From Thermotoga maritima MSB8 (GTDB lineage Bacteria > Thermotogota > Thermotogae > Thermotogales > Thermotogaceae): a DNA stretch of 32,000 bases. The notes under the pieces were generated by a model that searched no databases, was not told the DNA's origin, and saw only the letters and a list, made by a program, of their open reading frames with translations. A program made the translations under genes and the position numbers. Position 1 is the stretch's first letter, and each line of letters begins with the position of its first letter. The stretch lies in NCBI RefSeq assembly GCF_000008545.1, contig NC_000853.1:168465-200464 (forward strand), written 5' to 3'. Shown in pieces: positions 1 through 9,301 of the stretch.

Positions 1-64
1 CTTTGAAAACTTTTTAGAACGGATCCGATCTCTGGAGCTTTCTTCCTATCTGTCTGGAGCCCTG

Positions 65-802
65 GTGGGTAAGGAAGTCTACATCGCTACCGAGTCGGGA
101 GTTTTTGCCTGGGACAAGAAGGTTCTCGACAAGAAAATAGAGTTTTTTAAAAAGATAGAAGATTACGCGTCGTTCGTAGGTGAAGGCGACATTTTCATAA
201 TAGACAACATAGGAATAAAGAAATACGCACCCTTTCCTCTTGTCGGTGACATCAGTGACGCTCTAATAACAAGGAACGCGATTATCTATGCCAGGGTGGT
301 TCCGGGTGGTGTGAGGTACTATCTTTTCAGGAATGGAGCGGAAAAACTTATCGCTACCTCTCCCGGTACAACGGTTCGAATGAAATCAGAGAATGGAAAC
401 TACCTTCTCATAACGGATGGAGAGGTTGTTGCAATAGGTTCAGATTTCAAAGAAAAAGGAAGAGTGTTAAGTTCTCTGTTCGGAGAGAAGGTGAAGATAG
501 TAGATGCTTCTTTCAAGGACGATGCATTCTATATTTTGCTCAACGATGGATCTATTGCCTTCGTTTCCAGCAGCAGATCGGAAACAAAAAATTACGGTCT
601 CGCTGTTCCAAAAAAGGTCCTGAACTTTCAGGGCAGGATACTGGTTGTTTACGATGGCGTCATTCTGGATCTTTCTGCTGGAAAAGCTCAGCGGTTCGAC
701 AGGGGAATTATCGATGTGTTCCCGGGAAATGAGAGTCTTTTCATTGTGTTCGATGAGAAGGTGAGAGTATCGGTAGAAGAGTGGTGGTTGTCAAAGGACT
801 GA
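65..802 (+). CDS. hypothetical protein, no family recognised; possibly 5'-truncated by the window edge
   Basis: ORF-track ORF. GTG at 65 is preceded by GGAG (56-59). The same frame has no stop back to nt 2, so the gene could begin left of the window. It overlaps the next ORF by 22 nt. No diagnostic motif seen. Confidence 0.5.
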   Translation: MGKEVYIATESGVFAWDKKVLDKKIEFFKKIEDYASFVGEGDIFIIDNIGIKKYAPFPLVGDISDALITRNAIIYARVVPGGVRYYLFRNGAEKLIATSPGTTVRMKSENGNYLLITDGEVVAIGSDFKEKGRVLSSLFGEKVKIVDASFKDDAFYILLNDGSIAFVSSSRSETKNYGLAVPKKVLNFQGRILVVYDGVILDLSAGKAQRFDRGIIDVFPGNESLFIVFDEKVRVSVEEWWLSKD

Positions 803-1617
803 TTTTGATTTTCATCTTGCTTTCTCTGGTTTCTGTTGCCAACGATCTCTATTCTAGCGCTTTGAGTGCATACCTCGAAGGTGACTACAGAAGGGCACTC
901 GAACTTTTTGAGAATGCGCTTCGAGAGGATCCAACCATTGAAGAAAGAGACCCCCTTGTGAAACTGAAAATGGGAATCTGTGCTTACGCAATAGGTGACT
1001 ACGAGAAAGCCCGTGCTTACCTTTCGAATTTTCCGGATAACGTAGTGGCACAAGAAATTCTGAAAAGATTGAGTGTCCCGGAAGAGGTCTGGAAAAAGTA
1101 TATAGAAACCGAGAAGGCAGGTTCTGAATCAAAAAAGGTTGAAGCTACAAAGAGTATCCCTTTCTGGCTGCCGATGGTTGTTTCTGCTGCCACCTTCTTA
1201 TCAGTTTTCTTTCTTCAAAGGTTCTTGATGAAGCGCCTGGCGATACGCTCTGAGAAGAAATCCAGTATTGCCGAAGAAACTCCAGAAGTTGTTGAGGAAC
1301 TGCCAGAGGGTACCGTCGAAGAGATTCCCGAGGAGAAACCAAGTGAAACCTTTGCGGAAAAACTCGATTTTCTGGAAGAGCTCCTCGGTAAAGTTCAGGA
1401 ATCTAATCGTGAAGAATATGTAGATGTCGATGAGGTGAAAAACAGAGCCAGAGAAATTCTCGAAAATTCAGAGGAGATACCAGATGATCTCACGGCAGAA
1501 GAAGTGAACCTTGATGTGGAAGAGGTCATCAAAGAGTTGGAAGAGAAAGAAGCGTACGATGAAGAGGATGCAAGGAAGCTAGTTCTTGTGGCCAAGAATA
1601 AACTCAGGGAGGAATGA
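781..1617 (+). CDS. membrane-anchored TPR-repeat protein with a long acidic C-terminal half
   Basis: GTG start. N-terminal hydrophobic anchor/signal (LILIFILLSLVSVA). TPR-like helices (YSSALSAYLEGDYRRALELFENALREDP; GDYEKARAYL). Second TM segment (IPFWLPMVVSAATFLSVFFL). The rest is a Glu/Asp-rich tail. Confidence 0.6.
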   Translation: MVVVKGLILIFILLSLVSVANDLYSSALSAYLEGDYRRALELFENALREDPTIEERDPLVKLKMGICAYAIGDYEKARAYLSNFPDNVVAQEILKRLSVPEEVWKKYIETEKAGSESKKVEATKSIPFWLPMVVSAATFLSVFFLQRFLMKRLAIRSEKKSSIAEETPEVVEELPEGTVEEIPEEKPSETFAEKLDFLEELLGKVQESNREEYVDVDEVKNRAREILENSEEIPDDLTAEEVNLDVEEVIKELEEKEAYDEEDARKLVLVAKNKLREE

Positions 1618-2408
1618 AGGTGTGGTTCTTCTTTTCAGGTGTTCTTATGGGAATAGCGAACGTGGTACCGGGTGTCAGCGGTGGGACAATCGCCGTTCTC
1701 ATGGGTGTCTATGAGAAACTGATAGAATCCGTGAATTCTTTTTTTCATGGAAATTCGAGATCTCTGAAGGTGCTGATACCTGTGGGAGCTGGTGTTTTGG
1801 TGGGAGTATTTGGTATAGCACGCTTCTTAGAAATCTTTCTTTCGAAGTATCCAGTTCCGACACATTTCTTTTTTTTGGGACTCATCATCGTTAGCTTTGT
1901 AAAAACAAAGGAATATTTCTCGATCAAACCTGTGAACATATTTTTTGTCTTGCTTGGGATGTTTTTGATTTTTATGTTGCATTTTTCAGGTGAAACAACT
2001 GCGAAGGAGAGTATGTTCCTTCTTGTTCTGGGAGGTTTTGTAGCGGCTACGGCCATGGTAGTGCCCGGTATCAGTGGTTCGCTGATCCTTCTGATTTTCG
2101 GTGTTTACGATCACGTTCTTTATCTGGTTTCGCACCTGATAATTGGTGAACTTTTGATATTCTCCATCGGAGTTGTCGCCGGAATTCTTGTCTCCGTAAA
2201 GATCATGAACTTTCTTTTGAAAAGATTCCGGGAGGAAACTTACAGTTTCATCGGTGGGATGATTCTCGCGTCTCTCTACGAGGTTCTTCCGAAAAAGATG
2301 AATACAAACGTCGTTCTGCCATCTGTCTTGAGTCTTGTACTCTCACTAACTCTTGGATTCTTTCTGCTTTACATTGAAAAGAAACTATCTGTGACTCAGA
2401 AACTTTAA
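1614..2408 (+). CDS. DUF368-family polytopic membrane protein (PopT-type polyprenyl/undecaprenyl-phosphate translocase family)
   Basis: ATGA start/stop overlap with the upstream gene; RBS AGGGAGGA. Duplicated PGxSG motif (VVPGVSGGTIAVLMG and VVPGISGSLILLIFG) within roughly 8 hydrophobic segments, which is the DUF368 signature as I recall it. Confidence 0.75.
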   Translation: MKVWFFFSGVLMGIANVVPGVSGGTIAVLMGVYEKLIESVNSFFHGNSRSLKVLIPVGAGVLVGVFGIARFLEIFLSKYPVPTHFFFLGLIIVSFVKTKEYFSIKPVNIFFVLLGMFLIFMLHFSGETTAKESMFLLVLGGFVAATAMVVPGISGSLILLIFGVYDHVLYLVSHLIIGELLIFSIGVVAGILVSVKIMNFLLKRFREETYSFIGGMILASLYEVLPKKMNTNVVLPSVLSLVLSLTLGFFLLYIEKKLSVTQKL

Positions 2409-2951
2409 AGCTTCTTTTATCAACTCGGATGTTTTCATTCCCTCTCTGTACACCTGTTTCACCGCTTCTCTTGCCTGTTTCTCCGGGTATCCCAGTGATA
2501 CCAGGGCTTCTAAGGATTCATGATAGATTCTCATGTCTTTTATTCCAGCACTTTCGAATTCATCTTTCAGTTCCATCACGATCCGTTCCGCTGTTTTCTT
2601 ACTGATGCCGGGAAGTTTTGAAAGGCCTTCCACGTCCTGAGAGGCGATCATTGCTACCAGTGTTTCCGCATCTTCGTTCGAGATGATCTTCAGGGCCGTT
2701 TTTGGCCCAAGCCTGGAAACCTTTGTGAGAGAAAGGAAGAGTTCCTTCTTCATTTCGTTTGAAAACCCGTAGAGGGTGATGCCATCCTGTGAAACGCTCA
2801 AAAATGTGTGAAGAAAACATTCCCCGCCTTCTTTCACTTCCTCACTGGTTTGAACGTCGCAGACGATTTCGAAGACGACACCGGATTTTGTTTCTACGAG
2901 AAGAACGTTTCCACTCTTTTTCAAAACCCTTCCAGAGATTCCCGCTATCAT
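2385..2951 (-). CDS. ruvA: Holliday junction branch-migration complex subunit RuvA
   Basis: OB-fold N-terminus (IAGISGRVLKK...LLVETKSGVVFEI). Two helix-hairpin-helix motifs (LGPKTALKIIS; LPGISKKTAERIV). C-terminal RuvB-binding domain. I prefer ATG at 2951 (ATGA overlap with the folC stop, GGAG about 8 nt upstream) over the ORF-track GTG at 2960. Confidence 0.9.
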   Translation of the reverse strand: MIAGISGRVLKKSGNVLLVETKSGVVFEIVCDVQTSEEVKEGGECFLHTFLSVSQDGITLYGFSNEMKKELFLSLTKVSRLGPKTALKIISNEDAETLVAMIASQDVEGLSKLPGISKKTAERIVMELKDEFESAGIKDMRIYHESLEALVSLGYPEKQAREAVKQVYREGMKTSELIKEALKFLSHR

Positions 2952-4240
2952 AGTTTCCACTCCTCATTTATCTTTCCGGTTGTCAGGAACTCCCTTACGT
3001 ATCCCACTAGAAACAGTGATCCTGTAACAACCGTGGCTCTTTCAGTAGATTCGATCGCTTCCAGGGGATCTTCTATGACTTCCACGTTTTTGAAGAATTT
3101 CTTTGCCATGTCAACAAGGCTGTTCATGTCTTTCATACGAGGTGAAGGAACACGGGTGACTATGACCCTTTCGAAGATTCCGGTGTACTTTCGAAGAATG
3201 TCCTCCCGGTTCTTGTCGTCCAGAATACCTATTACCAGGCTCAAGGGTTCGCCGTTGAAGTACAATTTCAAGCTTCTGACAAGGCTTTCCGCTCCGTGAG
3301 GGTTGTGCGCTCCATCGAGGATGTACATCTTCCCGTTTTTCTCTAAGATTTCAAATCTTCCCAGATTCTTCGCATTTTTCAAGCCTTCGCGTATTGCTTT
3401 CTCGCTCAACGGAAGTCCTGTTGCTTCAAGAGTCTTCAGGGCAACACCGGCGTTTTCTATCTGGTGAGGACCGTTCATGGTCAGGACGAGATCTTCGAAG
3501 GTGTTTTCCCCACAGTAATCGAATCTGTTTTCGTGAAGTTTCAGAGATTTAACCTTAACGGAAAAATCCTTGTCGATGACGTACATCCTTGAGCTCTTCT
3601 TTCGGGCAACATCTTCCATCACTTTGAGGGCTTCTCTTTTTCTTTCCCCTGTCACAAGGGGAACTCTTTCTTTTATTATTCCGGATTTTTCCCATGCGAT
3701 CTGTTCTATGGTGTATCCCAACGTTTTTTCGTGATCTCTGTCCACCGTGACAATGGTGGAACAAAGAGGGAACACCACGTTCGTTGCGTCCAGTCTGCCT
3801 CCAAGACCAACTTCCAGGACGGCAATGTCAACGTTTTTTTCCGCGAAATAGAGAAAAGCCATCGCCGTTACAACTTCAAAAAAGCTTGGGGAGAATATTT
3901 CTTCTTTGTCGAGCTCGTTCAGAATCGGCTCCATTGTTTCGTAGATCTTCACCACGTCCTCTTCGGATATGTACTCTTCGTTTAACCTTATCCTTTCTCT
4001 GAACGTGCTCAGATGAGGGGAGTAATATGATCCCACTCTGTACCCTTGAGATACCAGAATGTTACTGACCATGTTTGCAACAGAACCCTTTCCGTTCGTG
4101 CCACCTATGTGTATGGTTTTGTATTCCAGATGGGGATTTCCCAGCTTTGAAAGTAGCATTGAGATCCTCTCAAGACCTGGTTTCACCTTTCCCATAGGTC
4201 TTTTGTGGTAGAGATACCTGAGAACTTCGAGGTATGCCAT
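2948..4240 (-). CDS. folC: folylpolyglutamate synthase / dihydrofolate synthase (Mur-ligase family)
   Basis: P-loop HIGGTNGKGS and Mur-ligase middle and C-terminal domain pattern (DGAHNPHG). ATG at 4240 has GGGAGTGA upstream. The ORF-track ATG at 4261 has no purine-rich RBS. Confidence 0.85.
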   Translation of the reverse strand: MAYLEVLRYLYHKRPMGKVKPGLERISMLLSKLGNPHLEYKTIHIGGTNGKGSVANMVSNILVSQGYRVGSYYSPHLSTFRERIRLNEEYISEEDVVKIYETMEPILNELDKEEIFSPSFFEVVTAMAFLYFAEKNVDIAVLEVGLGGRLDATNVVFPLCSTIVTVDRDHEKTLGYTIEQIAWEKSGIIKERVPLVTGERKREALKVMEDVARKKSSRMYVIDKDFSVKVKSLKLHENRFDYCGENTFEDLVLTMNGPHQIENAGVALKTLEATGLPLSEKAIREGLKNAKNLGRFEILEKNGKMYILDGAHNPHGAESLVRSLKLYFNGEPLSLVIGILDDKNREDILRKYTGIFERVIVTRVPSPRMKDMNSLVDMAKKFFKNVEVIEDPLEAIESTERATVVTGSLFLVGYVREFLTTGKINEEWKL

Positions 4241-4251
4241 GGTCTCATCTT

Positions 4252-5424
4252 TCACTCCCATATGAGGTTTTTGAAGGAGGTTCCGTTTTCAAGTGGGGGA
4301 ACTCCGAAGATATCGGCGATGGTTTGGCCCAGGTCGGCAAAGGTTTCCCTGATGCCAACGTAAACGTCTTTTTTCAGTCTTCCTCCGTATCCAAGGAGGG
4401 GGACCATTTCCCGGGAGTGATCCGTTGAGGGAGTTGTGGGATCACATCCGTGATCTGCAGTGATGAAAAGAACGTCGTCCTCATTCAGATTATGCATGAT
4501 CTCGGGTAATCTCGCGTCGAACTCCTCGAGGGCTTTGGCATAAGAAACGGGGTCGTTTCTGTGGCCGTATTTGGTGTCAAAATCCACAAGATTTGTGAAG
4601 ATCAGACAGTCATGATTTTTCTCCTTCATGAGTGAGATCGTTTTGTCTATTCCATCGTTGTTGTCCTTCGTCTTGTAATTTTCCGTCACGCCCCTTCCGG
4701 CGAATATATCTGCGATCTTGCCAACACCGTAAACGGGTATTCCATTCTCTGTGAGGACATCGAGAAGTGTTTTACCTTCCGGTTCGAGCGAGAAGTCTTT
4801 CCTTTCGGGTGTTCGAACGTAGTTGGGCCACTCTCCCGTGAAGGGTCTTGCGATGACTCTGGCAACTTTGTATCCCATTTCGTTCAGAAGTTCCCTGGCG
4901 ATTTCGCAGTACCTGTAAAGTTCCTCCAGGGGAACGATTTCTTTCTTTGCCGCTATCTGAAACACACTGTCCGCTGATGTGTACACGATCAGAGCACCGG
5001 TCTTCTCGTGGATCGGACCGAGTTCTTTTATGATTTCCGTACCGGATGCAGGTTTGTTACCTATGACTTTCCTCCCCGTTCTTCTCTCGAACTCTTCTAT
5101 CAGTTCCTTGGGAAAGCCTTCCGGAAACAGATCGAACGGCTTCTTGAGGATGACACCCGCTATTTCCCAGTGTCCAGTCGTCGTGTCTTTACCGGGGCTT
5201 TTCTCCATCATTTTCCCGTAGATGCCTTCTGCGGGTTTCACAGGTTCAACCCCCGGTATGTCGTCGAGATTGCCGAGCCCCAGCTTTGCCATGTTTGGAA
5301 GGTGCAACCCACTTACCGCTTTTGCGGTGTTCACAATGGTGTTGCTCCCTTCATCGCCGTACAGATGAGCGTCGGGCATCTCACCTATTCCCACGCTGTC
5401 CAGGACTATCAGTACCACCCTCAT
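4252..5424 (-). CDS. deoB: phosphopentomutase
   Basis: Alkaline-phosphatase-superfamily metal sites ([15 protein letters not shown]; [10 protein letters not shown]) and full-length DeoB-like sequence. Start set at ATG 5424, with GGAG/GGAAGG upstream. The 31-aa N-terminal extension in the ORF track is non-homologous. Confidence 0.9.
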   Translation of the reverse strand: MRVVLIVLDSVGIGEMPDAHLYGDEGSNTIVNTAKAVSGLHLPNMAKLGLGNLDDIPGVEPVKPAEGIYGKMMEKSPGKDTTTGHWEIAGVILKKPFDLFPEGFPKELIEEFERRTGRKVIGNKPASGTEIIKELGPIHEKTGALIVYTSADSVFQIAAKKEIVPLEELYRYCEIARELLNEMGYKVARVIARPFTGEWPNYVRTPERKDFSLEPEGKTLLDVLTENGIPVYGVGKIADIFAGRGVTENYKTKDNNDGIDKTISLMKEKNHDCLIFTNLVDFDTKYGHRNDPVSYAKALEEFDARLPEIMHNLNEDDVLFITADHGCDPTTPSTDHSREMVPLLGYGGRLKKDVYVGIRETFADLGQTIADIFGVPPLENGTSFKNLIWE

Positions 5425-5515
5425 CCTTCCAGCTCCTTTCCGAAAAATTCTATCACAAATGGCTGAAAAATCTGATATTATTAACTTTGAGAAGGAAATA
5501 TCAGGAGGTGTAGAC
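5425..5515. promoter_or_regulatory. divergent intergenic region expected to carry the deoB-folC-ruvA and leuS promoters
   Basis: This is the only non-coding gap between the two divergent strings. It is A/T-rich, with TATTAT (about 5478-5483) as a candidate leuS -10. No convincing -35 was found for either direction. Confidence 0.3.
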
Positions 5516-7990
5516 ATGAAGGAATACAGACCACAGGAAATAGAGAAAAAATGGCAGGAAGTATGGGAAGAAAAGAAGGTCTTCTATACACCTCAGAGGT
5601 CTGAGAAACCCAAGTATTATGCCCTCGTGATGTTTCCGTATCCCTCTGGAACTCTCCACGTAGGGCACGTGAAAAACTACGTCATAGGTGACATAGTTGC
5701 AAGATACAAGAGGATGAGAGGATACAACGTCCTTCACCCGTTCGGATACGACGCATTCGGACTTCCCGCCGAGAACGCCGCGATCGAAAAGGGAATTCAT
5801 CCTGAAGAGTGGACAAGGAAGAACATTGCCACCATTCGGCAGCAGGTGAAAAAACTCGGTATAAGCTACGACTGGAGCAGAGAAATAGCGACCTGCGACG
5901 AGGAGTACTACAAGTGGACCCAGTGGATATTTCTCCAGCTCTACAAGAATGGTTTGGCCTACAAGAAAAAGGCGGCTGTCAACTGGTGCCCCAAGTGTAA
6001 AACTGTTCTTGCGAACGAGCAGGTGAAAGACGGAAAATGTGAAAGATGTGGAACGAGCGTCACCATAAGGCACCTCGAACAGTGGTTTTTCAAGATCACG
6101 GATTACGCGGAAAGACTGCTGAACGACCTGGACAAGCTCACAGGATGGCCGGAGCACGTCAAGACCATGCAGAGAAACTGGATAGGAAAGAGCACCGGTG
6201 CGGAAATAGATTTTCCTGTCGAAGGATCGGATACAAAGATCAGGGTCTTCACAACCAGGCCCGACACACTCTGGGGTGTCACTTTCATGGCTCTTGCACC
6301 GGAGTCTCCCCTTGTTGAAGAGCTCGTTCCTGAGGAGAAGAAAGAAGAGCTTCAGGAATTCCTTGAACGTGTAAAGCAGCAGGATAGATTCAGAAGAACC
6401 TCTGTCGAAGCCGAGAAAGAAGGGTTCTTCCTGGGAAGGTACGCCATAAACCCCGTGACCGGCGAGAGGATACCGATCTACGTGGCAAACTACATCCTCA
6501 TGGAGTATGGAACGGGTGCCATCATGGGAGTTCCTGCCCACGATCAGAGGGACTTCTCCTTCGCTAAAAAATACGGAATTCCGATAAAGGTTGTGATTAA
6601 ACCAGCAGACAAAGATCTCGATCCGGAGAAGATGGAAGAAGCCTACGAAGGCGAGGGTATCATGGTGAACTCCGGACCGTTCGATGGAACACCGAGCAGC
6701 GAAGGAATAGAAAAAGTCATAAATTGGCTCGAGGAAAAAGGCATTGGAAAGAGGTCGGTCCAGTACAAGTTGAGAGACTGGCTCATATCGAGGCAGAGAT
6801 ACTGGGGCGCTCCAATCCCCATCATCTACTGTGAAAAATGCGGTGTTGTACCCGTTCCAGAAGAGGACCTTCCCGTGAGACTTCCAAAAGACGTGGAATT
6901 CCTTCCAACGGGTCAATCTCCTCTTTCTTTCCACGAAGGTTTCAAGAAGACAAAGTGCCCCGTCTGTGGCGGAGAAGCCCAGAGAGAAACGGACACCATG
7001 GACACTTTCGTTGATTCTTCCTGGTACTTCCTCAGATACGTGAATCCTCACCTGGAGGATAAGCCGTTCGAGCCTGATGACGTGAACTACTGGTTACCGG
7101 TGGATCAGTACATTGGAGGAGTGGAACACGCCGTACTGCATTTGCTGTACTCCAGATTCGTAACCAAGGTACTGCACGATCTGGGTTATCTCAATTTCGA
7201 CGAACCATTCACCAACCTTTTCACACAGGGAATGATTTACAAAGACGGTGCCAAGATGTCCAAGTCGAAGGGGAACGTGGTGTCCCCGGATGAGATGATA
7301 GAGAAATACGGTGCGGATACCTTGAGAATGTACATACTCTTCATGGCACCTCCAGAGAAAGACGCCGAATGGAGTGACGCCGGTATCGAAGGTGTTCACA
7401 GATTCGTCAAAAGGCTCTGGAACACTTTCTACACGGTTCTTCCGTTTGTGAAAGAAGAAAACACGGAGAATCTTGTGTTGAAAAACTCCACAGAAAAGGA
7501 ACTCAGAAGAAAGCTTCACAGTATTATCAAGAAGATAACGGAGGATATAGAAGGTGGATTCAAGTTCAACACCGCTATAAGTGGTCTGATGGAACTCGTG
7601 AACCACCTGAGCCAGTACTTGAACAGTGTACCGCAGGAGGAATGGAACAGGAAACTCCTGCGAGAGATAGTAGAGAAACTCACACTCGCTCTTTCACCTT
7701 TCGCACCGCACCTTGCAGAGGAGTTCTGGCACGATCTCGGAAACGATAGTCTTGTTGTCCAGCAGTCCTGGCCTTCCTACGATCCAAAAGCGCTCGAAGT
7801 GGAGGAAGTCGAAATCGCCATCCAGATAAATGGAAAGGTGAGAGACAAAGTGGTTGTGCCTGTGGATATCTCTGAAGAGGATCTGAAGAGGATCGTCCTC
7901 GAAAGAGAAAGGGTCAAGGAATACGTCGATGGCAAACCAATAAGGAAATTCATTTACGTGAAGGGAAGAATCGTAAATATCGTGGTATGA
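5516..7990 (+). CDS. leuS: leucine--tRNA ligase
   Basis: HIGH motif (LHVGHVKNY), KMSKS motif (KMSKSKGN), CP1 editing domain and Zn-type Cys pairs (CPKCKT..CERCG). ATG at 5516 is preceded by AGGAGGTG (5503-5510). Confidence 0.95.
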   Translation: MKEYRPQEIEKKWQEVWEEKKVFYTPQRSEKPKYYALVMFPYPSGTLHVGHVKNYVIGDIVARYKRMRGYNVLHPFGYDAFGLPAENAAIEKGIHPEEWTRKNIATIRQQVKKLGISYDWSREIATCDEEYYKWTQWIFLQLYKNGLAYKKKAAVNWCPKCKTVLANEQVKDGKCERCGTSVTIRHLEQWFFKITDYAERLLNDLDKLTGWPEHVKTMQRNWIGKSTGAEIDFPVEGSDTKIRVFTTRPDTLWGVTFMALAPESPLVEELVPEEKKEELQEFLERVKQQDRFRRTSVEAEKEGFFLGRYAINPVTGERIPIYVANYILMEYGTGAIMGVPAHDQRDFSFAKKYGIPIKVVIKPADKDLDPEKMEEAYEGEGIMVNSGPFDGTPSSEGIEKVINWLEEKGIGKRSVQYKLRDWLISRQRYWGAPIPIIYCEKCGVVPVPEEDLPVRLPKDVEFLPTGQSPLSFHEGFKKTKCPVCGGEAQRETDTMDTFVDSSWYFLRYVNPHLEDKPFEPDDVNYWLPVDQYIGGVEHAVLHLLYSRFVTKVLHDLGYLNFDEPFTNLFTQGMIYKDGAKMSKSKGNVVSPDEMIEKYGADTLRMYILFMAPPEKDAEWSDAGIEGVHRFVKRLWNTFYTVLPFVKEENTENLVLKNSTEKELRRKLHSIIKKITEDIEGGFKFNTAISGLMELVNHLSQYLNSVPQEEWNRKLLREIVEKLTLALSPFAPHLAEEFWHDLGNDSLVVQQSWPSYDPKALEVEEVEIAIQINGKVRDKVVVPVDISEEDLKRIVLERERVKEYVDGKPIRKFIYVKGRIVNIVV

Positions 7991-7999
7991 GGTGATAGA

Positions 8000-8626
8000 A
8001 TGGCGGAAAAGATACCGAAGCCCGTTTCAAAAAGGTTGGTAAGTTACTACATGTGCCTTGAAAGGCTCCTCGATGAGGGTGTAGAGGTGGTATCCTCGGA
8101 AGAGCTCGCAAGAAGGCTCGATCTCAAAGCGAGTCAGATAAGAAAGGATCTGTCATATTTTGGAGAGTTTGGAAAGCGCGGGGTTGGTTACAACGTGGAA
8201 CATCTTTACGATGCGATTGGCGAGATCCTCGGTGTAAAGAAAGAGTGGAAACTGGTCGTTGTGGGAGCTGGAAACATAGGAAGAGCAGTTGCGAACTACA
8301 CAGTGATGAAGGAAAAGGGTTTCAGGATAATAGGAATTTTCGATAGCGATCCGTCAAAGATAGGAAAAGAAGCAGCTCCTGGCCTTACTGTGAGTGATGT
8401 GAGTGAACTCGAAAAATTTGTTGAAGAGCACGGTGTCGAAATAGGAGTGATAGCCGTTCCCGCTGAACACGCTCAGGAGATAGCTGAAAGATTGGAAAAA
8501 GCAGGCATCAAGGGGATTCTGAATTTCGCCCCCGTGAAGATAAAGGTATCTGTCCCGGTAGAGAACATAGACATAACCGCTTCTTTGAGAGTTCTTACCT
8601 TCGAGATTGTGAGGAGGAATTCTTGA
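8000..8626 (+). CDS. rex: redox-sensing transcriptional repressor Rex
   Basis: N-terminal winged-helix (RLVSYYMCLERL...SSEELA...ASQIRKDLSYFG). Rossmann fold (VVVGAGNIGRAV) with typical Rex length. RBS GAGGTGAT overlaps the leuS stop. Confidence 0.9.
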   Translation: MAEKIPKPVSKRLVSYYMCLERLLDEGVEVVSSEELARRLDLKASQIRKDLSYFGEFGKRGVGYNVEHLYDAIGEILGVKKEWKLVVVGAGNIGRAVANYTVMKEKGFRIIGIFDSDPSKIGKEAAPGLTVSDVSELEKFVEEHGVEIGVIAVPAEHAQEIAERLEKAGIKGILNFAPVKIKVSVPVENIDITASLRVLTFEIVRRNS

Positions 8627-8627
8627 T

Positions 8628-8849
8628 ATGGAATACGATGTTTACGTGAGGGTTTCAAAAGAGGATGTTCACCTTCTGAACTACCTTCTTGAGGTGGAAG
8701 AGCATATGTTCAACATCAGAAAATACGAAGATGGAGTTTTGAAAATTATCACTCCTTTTCCTGAGGAGGCTATAAAGCTCCTTGAAGGATGTAAAGAGAT
8801 GGTGGATCTTGAAATCCTCGAGGTAAAGGAGAATCCCGGCGAGGCATGA
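8628..8849 (+). CDS. small conserved hypothetical protein (resembles DUF4911, from memory and unverified)
   Basis: ATG lies 1 nt after the rex stop, with RBS GAGGAGGA inside the rex 3' end. 73 aa, in the same codon style as its neighbours. Confidence 0.5.
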   Translation: MEYDVYVRVSKEDVHLLNYLLEVEEHMFNIRKYEDGVLKIITPFPEEAIKLLEGCKEMVDLEILEVKENPGEA

Positions 8850-9301
8850 AAGTCGAAAGAGTTGAAAGGGTCGAAGACATAGACTTCGAAGGTCTTTTGA
8901 AAGAAGGCTACACCTGTTTCTTTTTTGACTTCGATAACACTCTTGTTCCGTGGAAAGAGAGCAAACTTGAAGAGAGTAAGAGAAGGTTGTTAATCGAACT
9001 GGCAAAAAAAGCTCGTGTGGTAGTTGTTTCTAATGGAAAACCAAGAAAGGTCGATCTTCCAGTCATGTTCATCTGGAGGGCGGGGAAGCCTTTCAGTCTG
9101 AAGCTTTGGAGATTCCTGAAAAAGGAAAAAATCGATCCAAAGCGCTGTGTGATGATAGGAGATCAGATTTTTACAGATGTGCTCACTGGTAAGATTTTCG
9201 GATTTCGTGTGATAAAAGTAGAACCGATCAGTGCGAAAGAATTCTTTGGTACGAAGATTCTGAGGTTCTTCGAAAAAATACTGGAGGGAAAAGTACGATG
9301 A
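8846..9301 (+). CDS. HAD-superfamily (subfamily IIIA, YqeG-type) phosphatase
   Basis: Motif I FFDFDNTLVPW (DxDxT). Motif IV GDQIFTDVLTG closely matches the YqeG-family GDQxxTDVLGG. ATGA overlap at both ends. Confidence 0.7.
   Translation: MKVERVERVEDIDFEGLLKEGYTCFFFDFDNTLVPWKESKLEESKRRLLIELAKKARVVVVSNGKPRKVDLPVMFIWRAGKPFSLKLWRFLKKEKIDPKRCVMIGDQIFTDVLTGKIFGFRVIKVEPISAKEFFGTKILRFFEKILEGKVR

Noticed and set aside
2808-3299. 163-aa plus-strand ORF and other 60-170-aa ORFs overlapping annotated genes (for example 3731-3985, 5008-5466, 7094-7606, 10395-10928, 14366-14770, 15410-16042, 27838-28503)
   Set aside because: All are embedded in, and out of frame or antisense to, genes with clear family signatures. 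None has an SD or a recognisable motif.
5425-5515. T-box or other riboswitch leader upstream of leuS
   Set aside because: The whole divergent intergenic region is 91 nt and must also hold two promoters. That is too short for a T-box (about 200 nt or more), and no specifier or T-box sequence is seen.
5459-5515. N-terminal extensions offered by the ORF track for leuS, and likewise for deoB to 5517, priA from 18026, holA from 26481, SRPBCC to 31131, folC to 4261 and ruvA to 2960
   Set aside because: In each case an internal ATG has a strong GGAGG/GGTGA SD at 5-11 nt and yields the conserved family N-terminus. The longer start lacks an SD or overlaps a neighbouring gene or promoter.
5501-7051. 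516-aa ORF antisense to leuS
   Set aside because: It is exactly codon-aligned with leuS (the reverse complement of each sense codon). Stops can therefore only arise from sense TTA, CTA or TCA codons, which this genome avoids. There is no SD or start context, and the sequence is low-complexity and Arg/Ser/Phe/Leu-rich. It is a classic shadow ORF.
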